This document shows, in pieces, positions 38,714 through 46,777 of a stretch of DNA of 64,000 bases. The DNA comes from an uncultured virus (IMG/VR IMGVR_UViG_2687453308_000004) (Duplodnaviria; Heunggongvirae; Uroviricota; Caudoviricetes): IMG/VR virus record IMGVR_UViG_2687453308_000004; one strand, 5' to 3'. The translations under genes and the position numbers were made by a program. The notes below the pieces were generated by a model. That model made no database searches. It was not told the DNA's origin and saw nothing but the letters and a program-made list of their open reading frames with translations. The number at the start of each line of letters is the position of its first letter. The first letter of the stretch is position 1.

Positions 38714-39433
38714 ATGGATAAAAAAGAATTAGCGAAATTTATAGGCAATAAAATCAGATACTATAGAACCAAATTGAACTTAACTCAAGATCAACTTGGA
38801 GAAAAACTCAACACTAAAAAGGCTACTATTTCAAATTATGAGACAGGGTACAGAACTCCTAAACAAGATGATTTGTTTGAAATTGCTCATATTTTAAATA
38901 TCAGTATCGATGATTTGTTTCCTACAAGAAATAATAAAAAAAACGACATCACTTCCATATACAGTAAACTCACGCCTCCAAGACAAAAAAACGTACTTAA
39001 CTACGCAAATGAGCAATTAGATGAACAGAATAAAGTCACTTCTATAGATGAATATAAAGAGTCTAAACTAGTATCGTATATTGCATGTGGTGCAACTGGT
39101 GCTGGCATAGGAGAAGAATTATATGATGACATATTGCATGAAGAAGTATTTTTTAAAGAAGACGAAACGCCATCAAATGCTGATTTTTGTATTTTAGTTA
39201 ATGGTGATTCAATGGAACCTATGTTAAAACAAGGAACATACGCTTTTATTAAGAAAGAAGATTCTATTAAAGATGGTACAATTGCACTCGTTGTATTAGA
39301 TGGAGTAAGTCTTATCAAGCGTGTAGATATATGCGAAGACTATATTAATTTGGTATCTCTAAATCCGAAGTATGATGATATCAAAGTCGCTTCGTTTAGT
39401 AATATTAAAGTAATGGGCAAAGTTGTATTGTGA
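38714..39433 (+). CDS. cI: CI repressor, XRE HTH + S24 autopeptidase, phi11-like (239 aa)
   Basis: N-terminal HTH; AG cleavage region; GDSMEP catalytic Ser motif; IKR catalytic Lys motif. Confidence 0.96.
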   Translation: MDKKELAKFIGNKIRYYRTKLNLTQDQLGEKLNTKKATISNYETGYRTPKQDDLFEIAHILNISIDDLFPTRNNKKNDITSIYSKLTPPRQKNVLNYANEQLDEQNKVTSIDEYKESKLVSYIACGATGAGIGEELYDDILHEEVFFKEDETPSNADFCILVNGDSMEPMLKQGTYAFIKKEDSIKDGTIALVVLDGVSLIKRVDICEDYINLVSLNPKYDDIKVASFSNIKVMGKVVL

Positions 39434-39503
39434 TTAACAGCGCCTGTGTGGCGCTTTAATATAAAAGACGTCTATTTCAGCAGTGTTTGAAAGGAAGTTT
39501 ATA

Positions 39504-39686
39504 ATGAAAATAACTAATTGCAAAATAAAAAAAGAAACTATAGTATATGAAGTTTTAACTAGTGGTAATCAACCATTCACTTATGAGTTACCTAAAGATT
39601 TATCGTCACATAATGCGCGTAAATACTTGGAATTTATTTCACAAAAAATAGATGGAGATAAGTTAACCAAAGAAGATTCATTATGA
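39504..39686 (+). CDS. Lysogeny-module hypothetical protein (60 aa)
   Basis: AAAGGA SD before ATG 39504. Confidence 0.65.
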   Translation: MKITNCKIKKETIVYEVLTSGNQPFTYELPKDLSSHNARKYLEFISQKIDGDKLTKEDSL

Positions 39687-39743
39687 TTTTACTAAATAAA
39701 AAAACGCCTACTAGTGTAGACGTTGAATGGTGGTGAGAATTTT

Positions 39744-39869
39744 ATGGTAGATAAAAACAAAAAACAAGAAACTACTCGTAGTAACCCATTAAACAAAAGT
39801 TTTGAAAAGTCAGGCGCCAGCGAAAAATTAAAAAGCACTTTATCAGAAAAAGCTAAGAAAAAAGATTAG
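39744..39869 (+). CDS. 41-aa Lys-rich hypothetical peptide MVDKNKKQETTRSNPLNKSFEKSG...
   Basis: Read by hand; GGTGGTG SD-like; stop overlaps the convergent 204-aa gene stop. Confidence 0.5.
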   Translation: MVDKNKKQETTRSNPLNKSFEKSGASEKLKSTLSEKAKKKD

Positions 39870-40480
39870 TATTCATTCATTAAATATAAATCCAATTTAA
39901 TTTGTTGTTTAAGGTCTACAAGCGTATGTTTAATATACAATTCATCGTTTGACGGTAAATCAGATACTTTGAAATCTTGTCGCTCAACTTCTAGTAAATC
40001 GAAATCGCTACCAGCTGAATTATAGGTTTTAAGTTCACCCTCTTCAATGATTCTGTTTTCAAAGTCTTTTATAACTATAAATACTGGTTTACCGTTGTTA
40101 TTAAACAACTTGTCTCTTTTGTCTAATAAGCTTATACAATCCAATTTCATAAACTTTCTGGTTATATTAATTAACCAGATAATAAATTTAACAATTAAAG
40201 GATTAAATACAAACACTGTTAAAACAAAAATAAATAGAAACAAAATATTTGCTTTTAGACCTGTAAGCAACTGAATTAAATTCAAATTTTTTAAATCAAC
40301 ATTATTAAAAATTATAAAACTATAAAACCATATCAAACATGTTTCAATAGAAAAAATCAATAATACAGGAGTATTGATAACCTTGTTTTTTTCACTAACT
40401 AAACCTATCATTGTTAGATATTTATATGGTATGTAACCTAAAACTCCTGTAAGAAGAAGCGCCCCTAGAAATTGAGTCAT
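39866..40480 (-). CDS. 204-aa membrane protein divergent from int (ORF-C-like)
   Basis: Three N-terminal TM segments and a soluble C-terminus; position typical of Sa2/Sa3 phages. Confidence 0.75.
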   Translation of the reverse strand: MTQFLGALLLTGVLGYIPYKYLTMIGLVSEKNKVINTPVLLIFSIETCLIWFYSFIIFNNVDLKNLNLIQLLTGLKANILFLFIFVLTVFVFNPLIVKFIIWLINITRKFMKLDCISLLDKRDKLFNNNGKPVFIVIKDFENRIIEEGELKTYNSAGSDFDLLEVERQDFKVSDLPSNDELYIKHTLVDLKQQIKLDLYLMNEY

Positions 40481-40605
40481 CTTATCACCTACTTTTTATT
40501 TTATTATAACATATTTAGTACCTAGTACTAAATTTTGGGTAGCCCACCTACCCTTATTATTTTTTACAAATTTACAGAACGTACGTTCCTACAGGAGGTA
40601 TAAAC

Positions 40606-41811
40606 ATGTGGATTGAAAAATTTAAAAACAAAAATAACGAAACTAAATACAGATATTACGAGAAGTACAAAGATCCATACACAGATAAATGGAAGCGCGT
40701 AAGTGTTGTGTTGAACAAGAATACAAAACAATCTCAAAAAGAAGCAATGTTTCGTTTAGAAGAAAAAATAAAAGAAAAACTGAACAACAAGTCGTCAAGC
40801 GAATTAAAAACTTTGACTTTTCACGCGCTATTAGATGAATGGCTTGAATATCATATAAAAACATCAGGTTCAAAGTTGACTACTCTTAATAATATAAAAA
40901 TAAGAATTAGAAACATTAAACGATACAGCTCTGAGAACTTGCTTTTAAACAAACTAGATACAAAATATATGCAGATATTTATTAATAAATTATCAGATAT
41001 CTATTCTCAAAATCAAGTAACCCGTCAACTCGGAGATATGAAAGGAGCTATTAAATATGCAGTTAAATTTTACAATTATCCAAATGAATATTTGTTAACT
41101 AATGTCAAAATTCCTAAAAGAAGAAAAACAATAGAGGATATCGAAAAAGATGAATCTAAAATGTACAACTATTTAGAAATGAACCAAGTCCTACAGATAC
41201 GTGATCATATACTAAATGATAATAAGTTACACAAGCGAAATCGCATTTTAATTGCCAGCATCTTAGAAGTACAGGCTTTAACTGGTATGCGCATAGGAGA
41301 ACTACAAGCACTGCAGGAAAAAGATATAGATTTATTAAACAAAACTATCAATATAACAGGTACAATTCACCGCATTAAATACGAGGAAGGATTCGGATAC
41401 AAAGACACTACAAAGACTATAAGTTCAAAAAGAAGTATCAGCATCAATTCTAGAACCGTAGAAATTTTTAAAAAGATAATACTGGAAAACAAAATGTTGA
41501 AAAGATGGAATTCGAGCTATGTTGACAGAGGGTTCATATTCACAACAAAAAAAGGGAATCCTTTATGTAATAATCAAATCGCCGGTGTGCTTAAGAAAAC
41601 TACAAAAGCTTTAAATATGAATAAGAAAGTTACCACGCACACATTTAGACATACACACATAACTTTATTAGTAGAAATGAATGTTTCTTTAAAAGCAATT
41701 ATGAAAAGGGTAGGACATGTAGATGAAAAAACAACCATTCGCATATATACTCATGTAACTGAAAAAATGGATAGAGAACTAACTCAAAAACTCGAAAACA
41801 TTCCAAGTTAG
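40606..41811 (+). CDS. int: Tyrosine integrase, Sa2int type (401 aa)
   Basis: TGMRIGE, HTFRH, RVGH and IYTH catalytic motifs; adjacent Sa2 att core. Confidence 0.95.
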   Translation: MWIEKFKNKNNETKYRYYEKYKDPYTDKWKRVSVVLNKNTKQSQKEAMFRLEEKIKEKLNNKSSSELKTLTFHALLDEWLEYHIKTSGSKLTTLNNIKIRIRNIKRYSSENLLLNKLDTKYMQIFINKLSDIYSQNQVTRQLGDMKGAIKYAVKFYNYPNEYLLTNVKIPKRRKTIEDIEKDESKMYNYLEMNQVLQIRDHILNDNKLHKRNRILIASILEVQALTGMRIGELQALQEKDIDLLNKTINITGTIHRIKYEEGFGYKDTTKTISSKRSISINSRTVEIFKKIILENKMLKRWNSSYVDRGFIFTTKKGNPLCNNQIAGVLKKTTKALNMNKKVTTHTFRHTHITLLVEMNVSLKAIMKRVGHVDEKTTIRIYTHVTEKMDRELTQKLENIPS

Positions 41812-41819
41812 CTTAAATC

Positions 41820-41840
41820 CGCCCTTTTTTTGCCCTTATA
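41820..41840. promoter_or_regulatory. Probable integrase arm-type sites (GCCCTT repeats)
   Basis: gccctttttttgccctt between the int stop and the core; same motif at 46140-46175. Confidence 0.55.
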
Positions 41841-41853
41841 TTTTTTACAAGCT

Positions 41854-43881
41854 TTATAAAACGCTTGAGAACACTGGCGTTAGAGCTTTTCTTGAAATAA
41901 ACATATCATCATAATGTGATGGTTCAAATAACATCTGTACAATCAAAGGCTTCATGTTCTTAACAATATCATCTAAATGGTTATCTAAAATTGGTGACAC
42001 TGCTTTTAAATCATTAAGAAATGGCTCCCATTTGCCTAAAGTATTATCTAATTCTTCTAATTTAGTTTTAATATAATTACAAGTTACATTAGGAATCAGG
42101 GACAAAAATTCTTTCTTTTTTACATTTAACATTTCAATTGCATGTCTTAAATTCTTACGTATTTTGGGAATTGTATTAATCAAATATTTTATTACATCAA
42201 CAATTTTCGATGCATATTCATCATATATACTTTGAACAAAGTCTGCTATTTTTTTAATACCATCATCGATATGGTCTTTTAATATTTTCATTTTTCTTCC
42301 TAAATAATTAGAAGGTATAACTAGACCCTGTACCATATTTTCGCCGCTACAATTAATTTGGAAATTCCCATCTAAAATTGTTGCATCTTGTTGTTTCATA
42401 ATACTTCTAATTTCTGCAATTTGCCTACCATAAATATCATTTTGATTTTTTATTCGCTCTATATTCTGTTTCACTACTTTCAAATGTTTCATCATTTCTT
42501 CAGATACTCCATCTCTGAAGTCGTGATCTATATTTTTGAAAATTTCTAAAATTTCATTATCTATACTATCATACACTTTTTCTATAAAAGATTTTATACC
42601 TTTAAACAACTCATTAATTCTTTCTTTTAATGCATCCAATGCAAAATCAGGTAATAAGTGTTTAACAGCACTAATACTTTCTATTGTTTCATCTGCAACT
42701 TCTTCAAGTGAGTTTATTTTACTAATTAAAGTTCTTTCCATTTCTTCTAATTGAAATAAGTTAATCTTATCCTTAAATCCTTCTGATAATTGTTGCTTTC
42801 TATCTGCAAAATTTTTATTTTCATTTTCTGAGATGTTAAAACTTTCATTTAAAAAGATTACGCATTCTGCTAACATACCACTAGTTTCACCAGTAATCAG
42901 TTTACTCAACGCATCAAGATTTTCTAAATTAAGTTTAATTAAAGTTCCTCTTCCAGAACGTGCAATCGAATCCCCTGTCCAAACATTTATCGGAATTCGC
43001 CCATCCATATCTAATGTTATGTTAATAGTCTTTTTTACTTTTTTTCCATTTTTAATTTCTGTATCTTTTACCGACTTAATTTTGATTAGTGGTACAGTAT
43101 CGTATGTGTTGTCTTTTCTATTTAACTTCCTTTTATAACCTACATGGCTGTCTATTAAAGCATCTAACCTGGGCACACCATCACTAATGTTAACGCGTTT
43201 TCCTGGCATATCTTTGATGAATGGATCTTGTAACCATGTTAATAAATCGTTGGTACTATTAAAACTAATCATATTATCAAAGCGTGGTCTAGCAAATTTC
43301 TGCCAAGCAGCATAAGGTACCATTGCTGGGTCAGTAGCAACAACTTTTTCATTTGGATGTTTCGCTCCTTGATATTTTGCTCCTGCACCGCCTTCCGAAT
43401 TACCGCCATCCGCCACAATGGTTTTGTTTTTGTAATTATTTGGACTAACACCATATTTTTGTGTAAAGTTATACTTACTTAATTTATTAGCGTCATTTAG
43501 TTTGTCTCTATATAAATCTGCAAATTCGTCTGATTGCTTAAGATAATCCGTTGACTTATTACTATTATCCATTAATTTCGCATTTTGTAACCAATCATCT
43601 CCGATATCTAAAGATTTTAATGGATTATTAGGGTTTATTGCCTCATTAGATGTTCCTTGATAAATCATGGTTTGTTCACCAGTTGGTTTTCCTTTTTCAT
43701 CCAACAATTCATAAATTTTTAAATCTGAGGCACCTTTTTTATTTTTATTTCCATTATCATTATATTCATCAACCTGCTTAAATCTTTTTCCGTTAACTGT
43801 AAAATCATTATCTTTATTGATGTCTTGATAAACCCAGTAACTACTCAATTCTGTTAAGTCTCTATCATTAATTTTATTCAT
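41854..43881 (-). CDS. Host SA1320-like protein truncated by prophage 1: lipase-like N-terminus plus helical C-terminus; last 13 aa phage-derived
   Basis: YQGT, DWLQN and GNSEGG alpha/beta-hydrolase motifs; att core encodes PSHYDDMFI near the end; start overlaps the lipoprotein stop. Confidence 0.8.
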   Translation of the reverse strand: MNKINDRDLTELSSYWVYQDINKDNDFTVNGKRFKQVDEYNDNGNKNKKGASDLKIYELLDEKGKPTGEQTMIYQGTSNEAINPNNPLKSLDIGDDWLQNAKLMDNSNKSTDYLKQSDEFADLYRDKLNDANKLSKYNFTQKYGVSPNNYKNKTIVADGGNSEGGAGAKYQGAKHPNEKVVATDPAMVPYAAWQKFARPRFDNMISFNSTNDLLTWLQDPFIKDMPGKRVNISDGVPRLDALIDSHVGYKRKLNRKDNTYDTVPLIKIKSVKDTEIKNGKKVKKTINITLDMDGRIPINVWTGDSIARSGRGTLIKLNLENLDALSKLITGETSGMLAECVIFLNESFNISENENKNFADRKQQLSEGFKDKINLFQLEEMERTLISKINSLEEVADETIESISAVKHLLPDFALDALKERINELFKGIKSFIEKVYDSIDNEILEIFKNIDHDFRDGVSEEMMKHLKVVKQNIERIKNQNDIYGRQIAEIRSIMKQQDATILDGNFQINCSGENMVQGLVIPSNYLGRKMKILKDHIDDGIKKIADFVQSIYDEYASKIVDVIKYLINTIPKIRKNLRHAIEMLNVKKKEFLSLIPNVTCNYIKTKLEELDNTLGKWEPFLNDLKAVSPILDNHLDDIVKNMKPLIVQMLFEPSHYDDMFISRKALTPVFSSVL
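41895..41923. other. att core at int end of prophage 1 (attL), ACCATCACATTATGATGATATGTTTATTT on minus strand
   Basis: Exact 29-bp direct repeat with 46017-46045; matches the phiSa2 core as recalled. Confidence 0.93.
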
Positions 43882-44788
43882 CTTCAAATGCTCCAAACGA
43901 CACTACTTTCTTATCATCAAAACGAGCTTTTTTTGTGCCAATAAGTTTATTTCCTAATTGAGTAGTTATAGTATTCTTGATTGGCATATCTTTTGTTCTT
44001 TCAATTTTCTCGGATAAATCTATTACATTATTTATCTTTTCTTTTCTATTTTTTTTATCATTCGTACTAAACAACGTTGCTACTGTATTACTATTAGCAG
44101 TATAATCTAACTCTTTTCTAGCTCGTTGCATACCCTCTTTAAATTCTTTATCATTTTTATGAATCAACGGTTCGTAATATTTACGATATTCTTTTAAGTT
44201 TCTTGATAAATATGTGATATAAAAGTATTCATTTTGATATCCAACGTTTTGTGTCTTGTTAATTGCCTCTTTTGTAAAGCCTGTATATTGATATTTCTTT
44301 TCATTTTCTTTGAAGAATTTATATAAGTTATCATACTTTTCTTTTTGCGCTCGATATTCAAAGCCACTCAGCACTGTACCCACCATCATACTCATATCAT
44401 CACCGTTGTCATTACTACGCATTGATCCTTTTTGATGGATGGCATCTTTGTACAAAGGTAGACTTGCATTAAATACAATGCCATGATCTTCGCAATGCAC
44501 ATAAACTTCTACACCATCATCTTTACCTACAACATTTGTAGCTTTAACTTTTAGTCCAAAGTTATCTTTAAAGAATTGTTCACCTACTTTTTCAAATTCT
44601 TTACGATGCTTCTTCGCAAATTCAATCGCATCTTTTTCTGCAGGTGGTTGGAAGCCTTGTCCTACATATTTTGAAGCTTCCATTTCTTCTGGTACTGATT
44701 TTGTTTCATTGTTGGATTCGTTATTGGTAGTTGAACATCCTGATAGTATTATCGTTGCTATTAAGATTAGTTTAATTCTTTTAAACAT
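43874..44788 (-). CDS. Tandem lipoprotein (DUF1672-like, 304 aa)
   Basis: LSGC lipobox; Y.GQGFQP and VLSGFEYRA motifs. Confidence 0.85.
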   Translation of the reverse strand: MFKRIKLILIATIILSGCSTTNNESNNETKSVPEEMEASKYVGQGFQPPAEKDAIEFAKKHRKEFEKVGEQFFKDNFGLKVKATNVVGKDDGVEVYVHCEDHGIVFNASLPLYKDAIHQKGSMRSNDNGDDMSMMVGTVLSGFEYRAQKEKYDNLYKFFKENEKKYQYTGFTKEAINKTQNVGYQNEYFYITYLSRNLKEYRKYYEPLIHKNDKEFKEGMQRARKELDYTANSNTVATLFSTNDKKNRKEKINNVIDLSEKIERTKDMPIKNTITTQLGNKLIGTKKARFDDKKVVSFGAFEDE

Positions 44789-44845
44789 AGCCCATCTCCC
44801 ATTTATGTGTTTGTTTAGAATATAGAGAAATTAGCTGATTTCAAG

Positions 44846-45751
44846 TCATTCGACCTCAATCCTTATAGACTCATTATCACTGTAATTAACTCGATTAGTG
44901 CTAATAGTAGATTTTGCTAGTTGTAAAAATATTTTCGTATTTTCAAAATTAAGGTGTAACTTTTTCGTACTTTCAGACAAATCTAAAACATCATCTAATT
45001 TTTTGTCCTTTGAAAAGTTACTACTTCTCGAAAACAATGTTGTATGTACTTCTATTGCAGCTTTATAGCCTACTCCTTTCCTTGCTTGTTTCATACCTTT
45101 TTTAAAATTCAGATTATTTTTCTTTATTAGGGGTTCGTAATATTTCCTATATTCTTGGAGCGTCGGTATATTAGCAACTATATAAAAATATTCATTTTCA
45201 TATCCACTATTTTGTGTTTTGTTAATTGCCTCTTTAGTAAATCCTGTATATTGGTATTTCTTTTCATTTTCTTTTAAAAATTTATATAAATTATCATACT
45301 TTTCTTTTTGCGCTCGATATTCAAAGCCACTCAACACTGTACCAACTAAAGTACTCATATCATCGCCTTTATCCTCACTTCTTAATGAGCTATCACTCTC
45401 AATTATTGATTTGTCAAATGGAATACTTGCATTAAATACGATGTCGTGGTCATCACAATGCACGAATACTTCTACACCGTCGCCACTACCTACAACATTT
45501 GTAGCTTTAACTTTTAGTCCAAAGTTATCCATAAAAAATTGTTCGCCACGTTTAGCAATTTTATCTTTATGCTTCTTCGAAAATTCAATCGCATCTTTTT
45601 CTGCAGGTGGTTGGAAGCCTTGTCCTACATATTTTGAAGCTTCCATTTCTTCTGGCACTGATTTTGTTTCATTGTTGGATTCGTTATTGGTAGTTGAACA
45701 TCCTGATAGTAGTATCGTTGCTATTAAGATTAGTTTTGTTCTTTTAAACAT
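44846..45751 (-). CDS. Tandem lipoprotein (DUF1672-like, 301 aa)
   Basis: LSGC lipobox; paralogue of 43874-44788. Confidence 0.85.
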   Translation of the reverse strand: MFKRTKLILIATILLSGCSTTNNESNNETKSVPEEMEASKYVGQGFQPPAEKDAIEFSKKHKDKIAKRGEQFFMDNFGLKVKATNVVGSGDGVEVFVHCDDHDIVFNASIPFDKSIIESDSSLRSEDKGDDMSTLVGTVLSGFEYRAQKEKYDNLYKFLKENEKKYQYTGFTKEAINKTQNSGYENEYFYIVANIPTLQEYRKYYEPLIKKNNLNFKKGMKQARKGVGYKAAIEVHTTLFSRSSNFSKDKKLDDVLDLSESTKKLHLNFENTKIFLQLAKSTISTNRVNYSDNESIRIEVE

Positions 45752-45840
45752 AGCTCATCACCCATTTATGTGTTTGTAAAACTTTTATGTTAAAAAAACT
45801 ACTTATTCTCAAAGAAAACAAGTAGCATTTAATAAATTAC

Positions 45841-46056
45841 TTAGTATACAGCTAGTTTTTCTAATTGTTCTTTAACTTGAATTAAGTTTGACCGTATTAG
45901 AGAGGCAGATTGATCCATCGTTTGAATTGCTTGTCCTTCATTTTCGTTCAAGCCATTACAAACAACTTCAAACTGTTGTGCCATTTGATCAAGACGTGCA
46001 TGAGCTTGTGTGTTTAAAATAAACATATCATCATAATGTGATGGTAAAGTGGTCAT
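45841..46056 (-). pseudogene. 3' fragment of a paralogous SA1320-like gene cut off by prophage 2, with in-frame phage-derived ATG
   Basis: Begins MTTL-PSHYDDMFI, the same core-encoded peptide and frame as in 41854-43881. Confidence 0.85.
46017..46045. other. att core at lysis end of prophage 2 (attR)
   Basis: Identical 29 bp to 41895-41923; host coding sequence on the left, phage arm on the right. Confidence 0.93.
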
Positions 46057-46139
46057 TCTCTAACGTACACGAGCGTCCAAAAACACTGTTGTATCAAGGT
46101 TTTTGTCATTTTTAACCTTTTAGATTTTCCACAAGCGTT

Positions 46140-46175
46140 TGCCCTTTTTCAAATAATCTGCCCTTTTTTCGCCCC
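46140..46175. promoter_or_regulatory. Probable integrase arm-type sites
   Basis: TGCCCTTTTT twice plus cGCCCc; same motif as 41820-41840. Confidence 0.55.
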
Positions 46176-46185
46176 GAAAAAACGC

Positions 46186-46403
46186 AAAAAATAACCACAA
46201 TCCTAAATTAATAGGATCTGTGGTTTTGTTGGTTGTAGGGGAATAAATATAACCGTATCGATTAAGATACGGTTGTAGCGAATGTAACATTTCTATGTTG
46301 TTAAGATATATGTATCGAGTGATGACAAGGAAGATGTCTCCTGTGGGACCAACAGTCAGATACATGGCCTCTGCCCGGCTATATAGTTCACTCCTACTAT
46401 ATA
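46186..46403 (-). ncRNA. Candidate ~220-nt structured sRNA
   Basis: TGtTATACT extended -10 (46410-46418), several hairpins, terminal hairpin plus U tract. Confidence 0.5.
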
Positions 46404-46419
46404 AAAGTAAGTATAACAT

Positions 46420-46570
46420 AAAAAGCACCCCGTAAACTGTTATACGGGAATGCTAAAGTCATATATACTACGGGGAGTAGTATGAAAACTATGCTCTCTA
46501 TCGCAAGGAAAAAACACCCAGTGACATGCTTGGGTGAACAAGGATAGATGTAAATAGTTGATGCATGTGT
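46420..46570 (-). ncRNA. sprX: SprX (RsaOR) small RNA
   Basis: ACACATGCATCAACTATTTACATC...CACCCAAGCATGTCACTGGGTG...terminator, recognised from recall; TGtTATGAT upstream. Confidence 0.85.
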
Positions 46571-46612
46571 AACACATCATAACAAAAAACTAGCCCGAAG
46601 GCTAGCTATAAC

Positions 46613-46740
46613 ATAAAAAAATAGGCAAGTACCGAAGTACCTGCCAGTTACGCACATTTAAATCTTGAGAGTAATGTTAAAAAGTGTATAGGAATATTAA
46701 CATCCATCCAAATAGTTATTTAATAACTGTAAGATTCCCT
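46613..46740 (-). ncRNA. sprY: SprY small RNA (probable)
   Basis: About 128 nt between lysin and sprX as described for phi12; TGcTACATT -10; terminal GGCAGGTAC/GTACTTGCC hairpin plus U tract. Confidence 0.65.
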
Positions 46741-46777
46741 ATAATTAATGTAGCAAAATTTTTATTCTAAGTAAATA

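Larger units (their letters stand above)
1..41923 (-). mobile_element. Prophage 1: Sa2-integrase siphovirus with phi11/80alpha-like (pac-type) morphogenesis; lysis-end att outside window
   Basis: Complete ordered module set int-cI-cro-ant-replication-dut-rinA-terS/L-head-tail-holin-lysin, ending at a 29-bp att core next to int. Confidence 0.97.

Noticed and set aside
39866..40480. 204-aa gene beside int as excisionase
   Set aside because: Multi-TM membrane protein, unlike small basic Xis proteins
46120..46428. 102-aa ORF in the track as a real protein
   Set aside because: Starts inside the sprX terminator without an SD and runs through hairpins and att arm sites; RNA structure explains the region better
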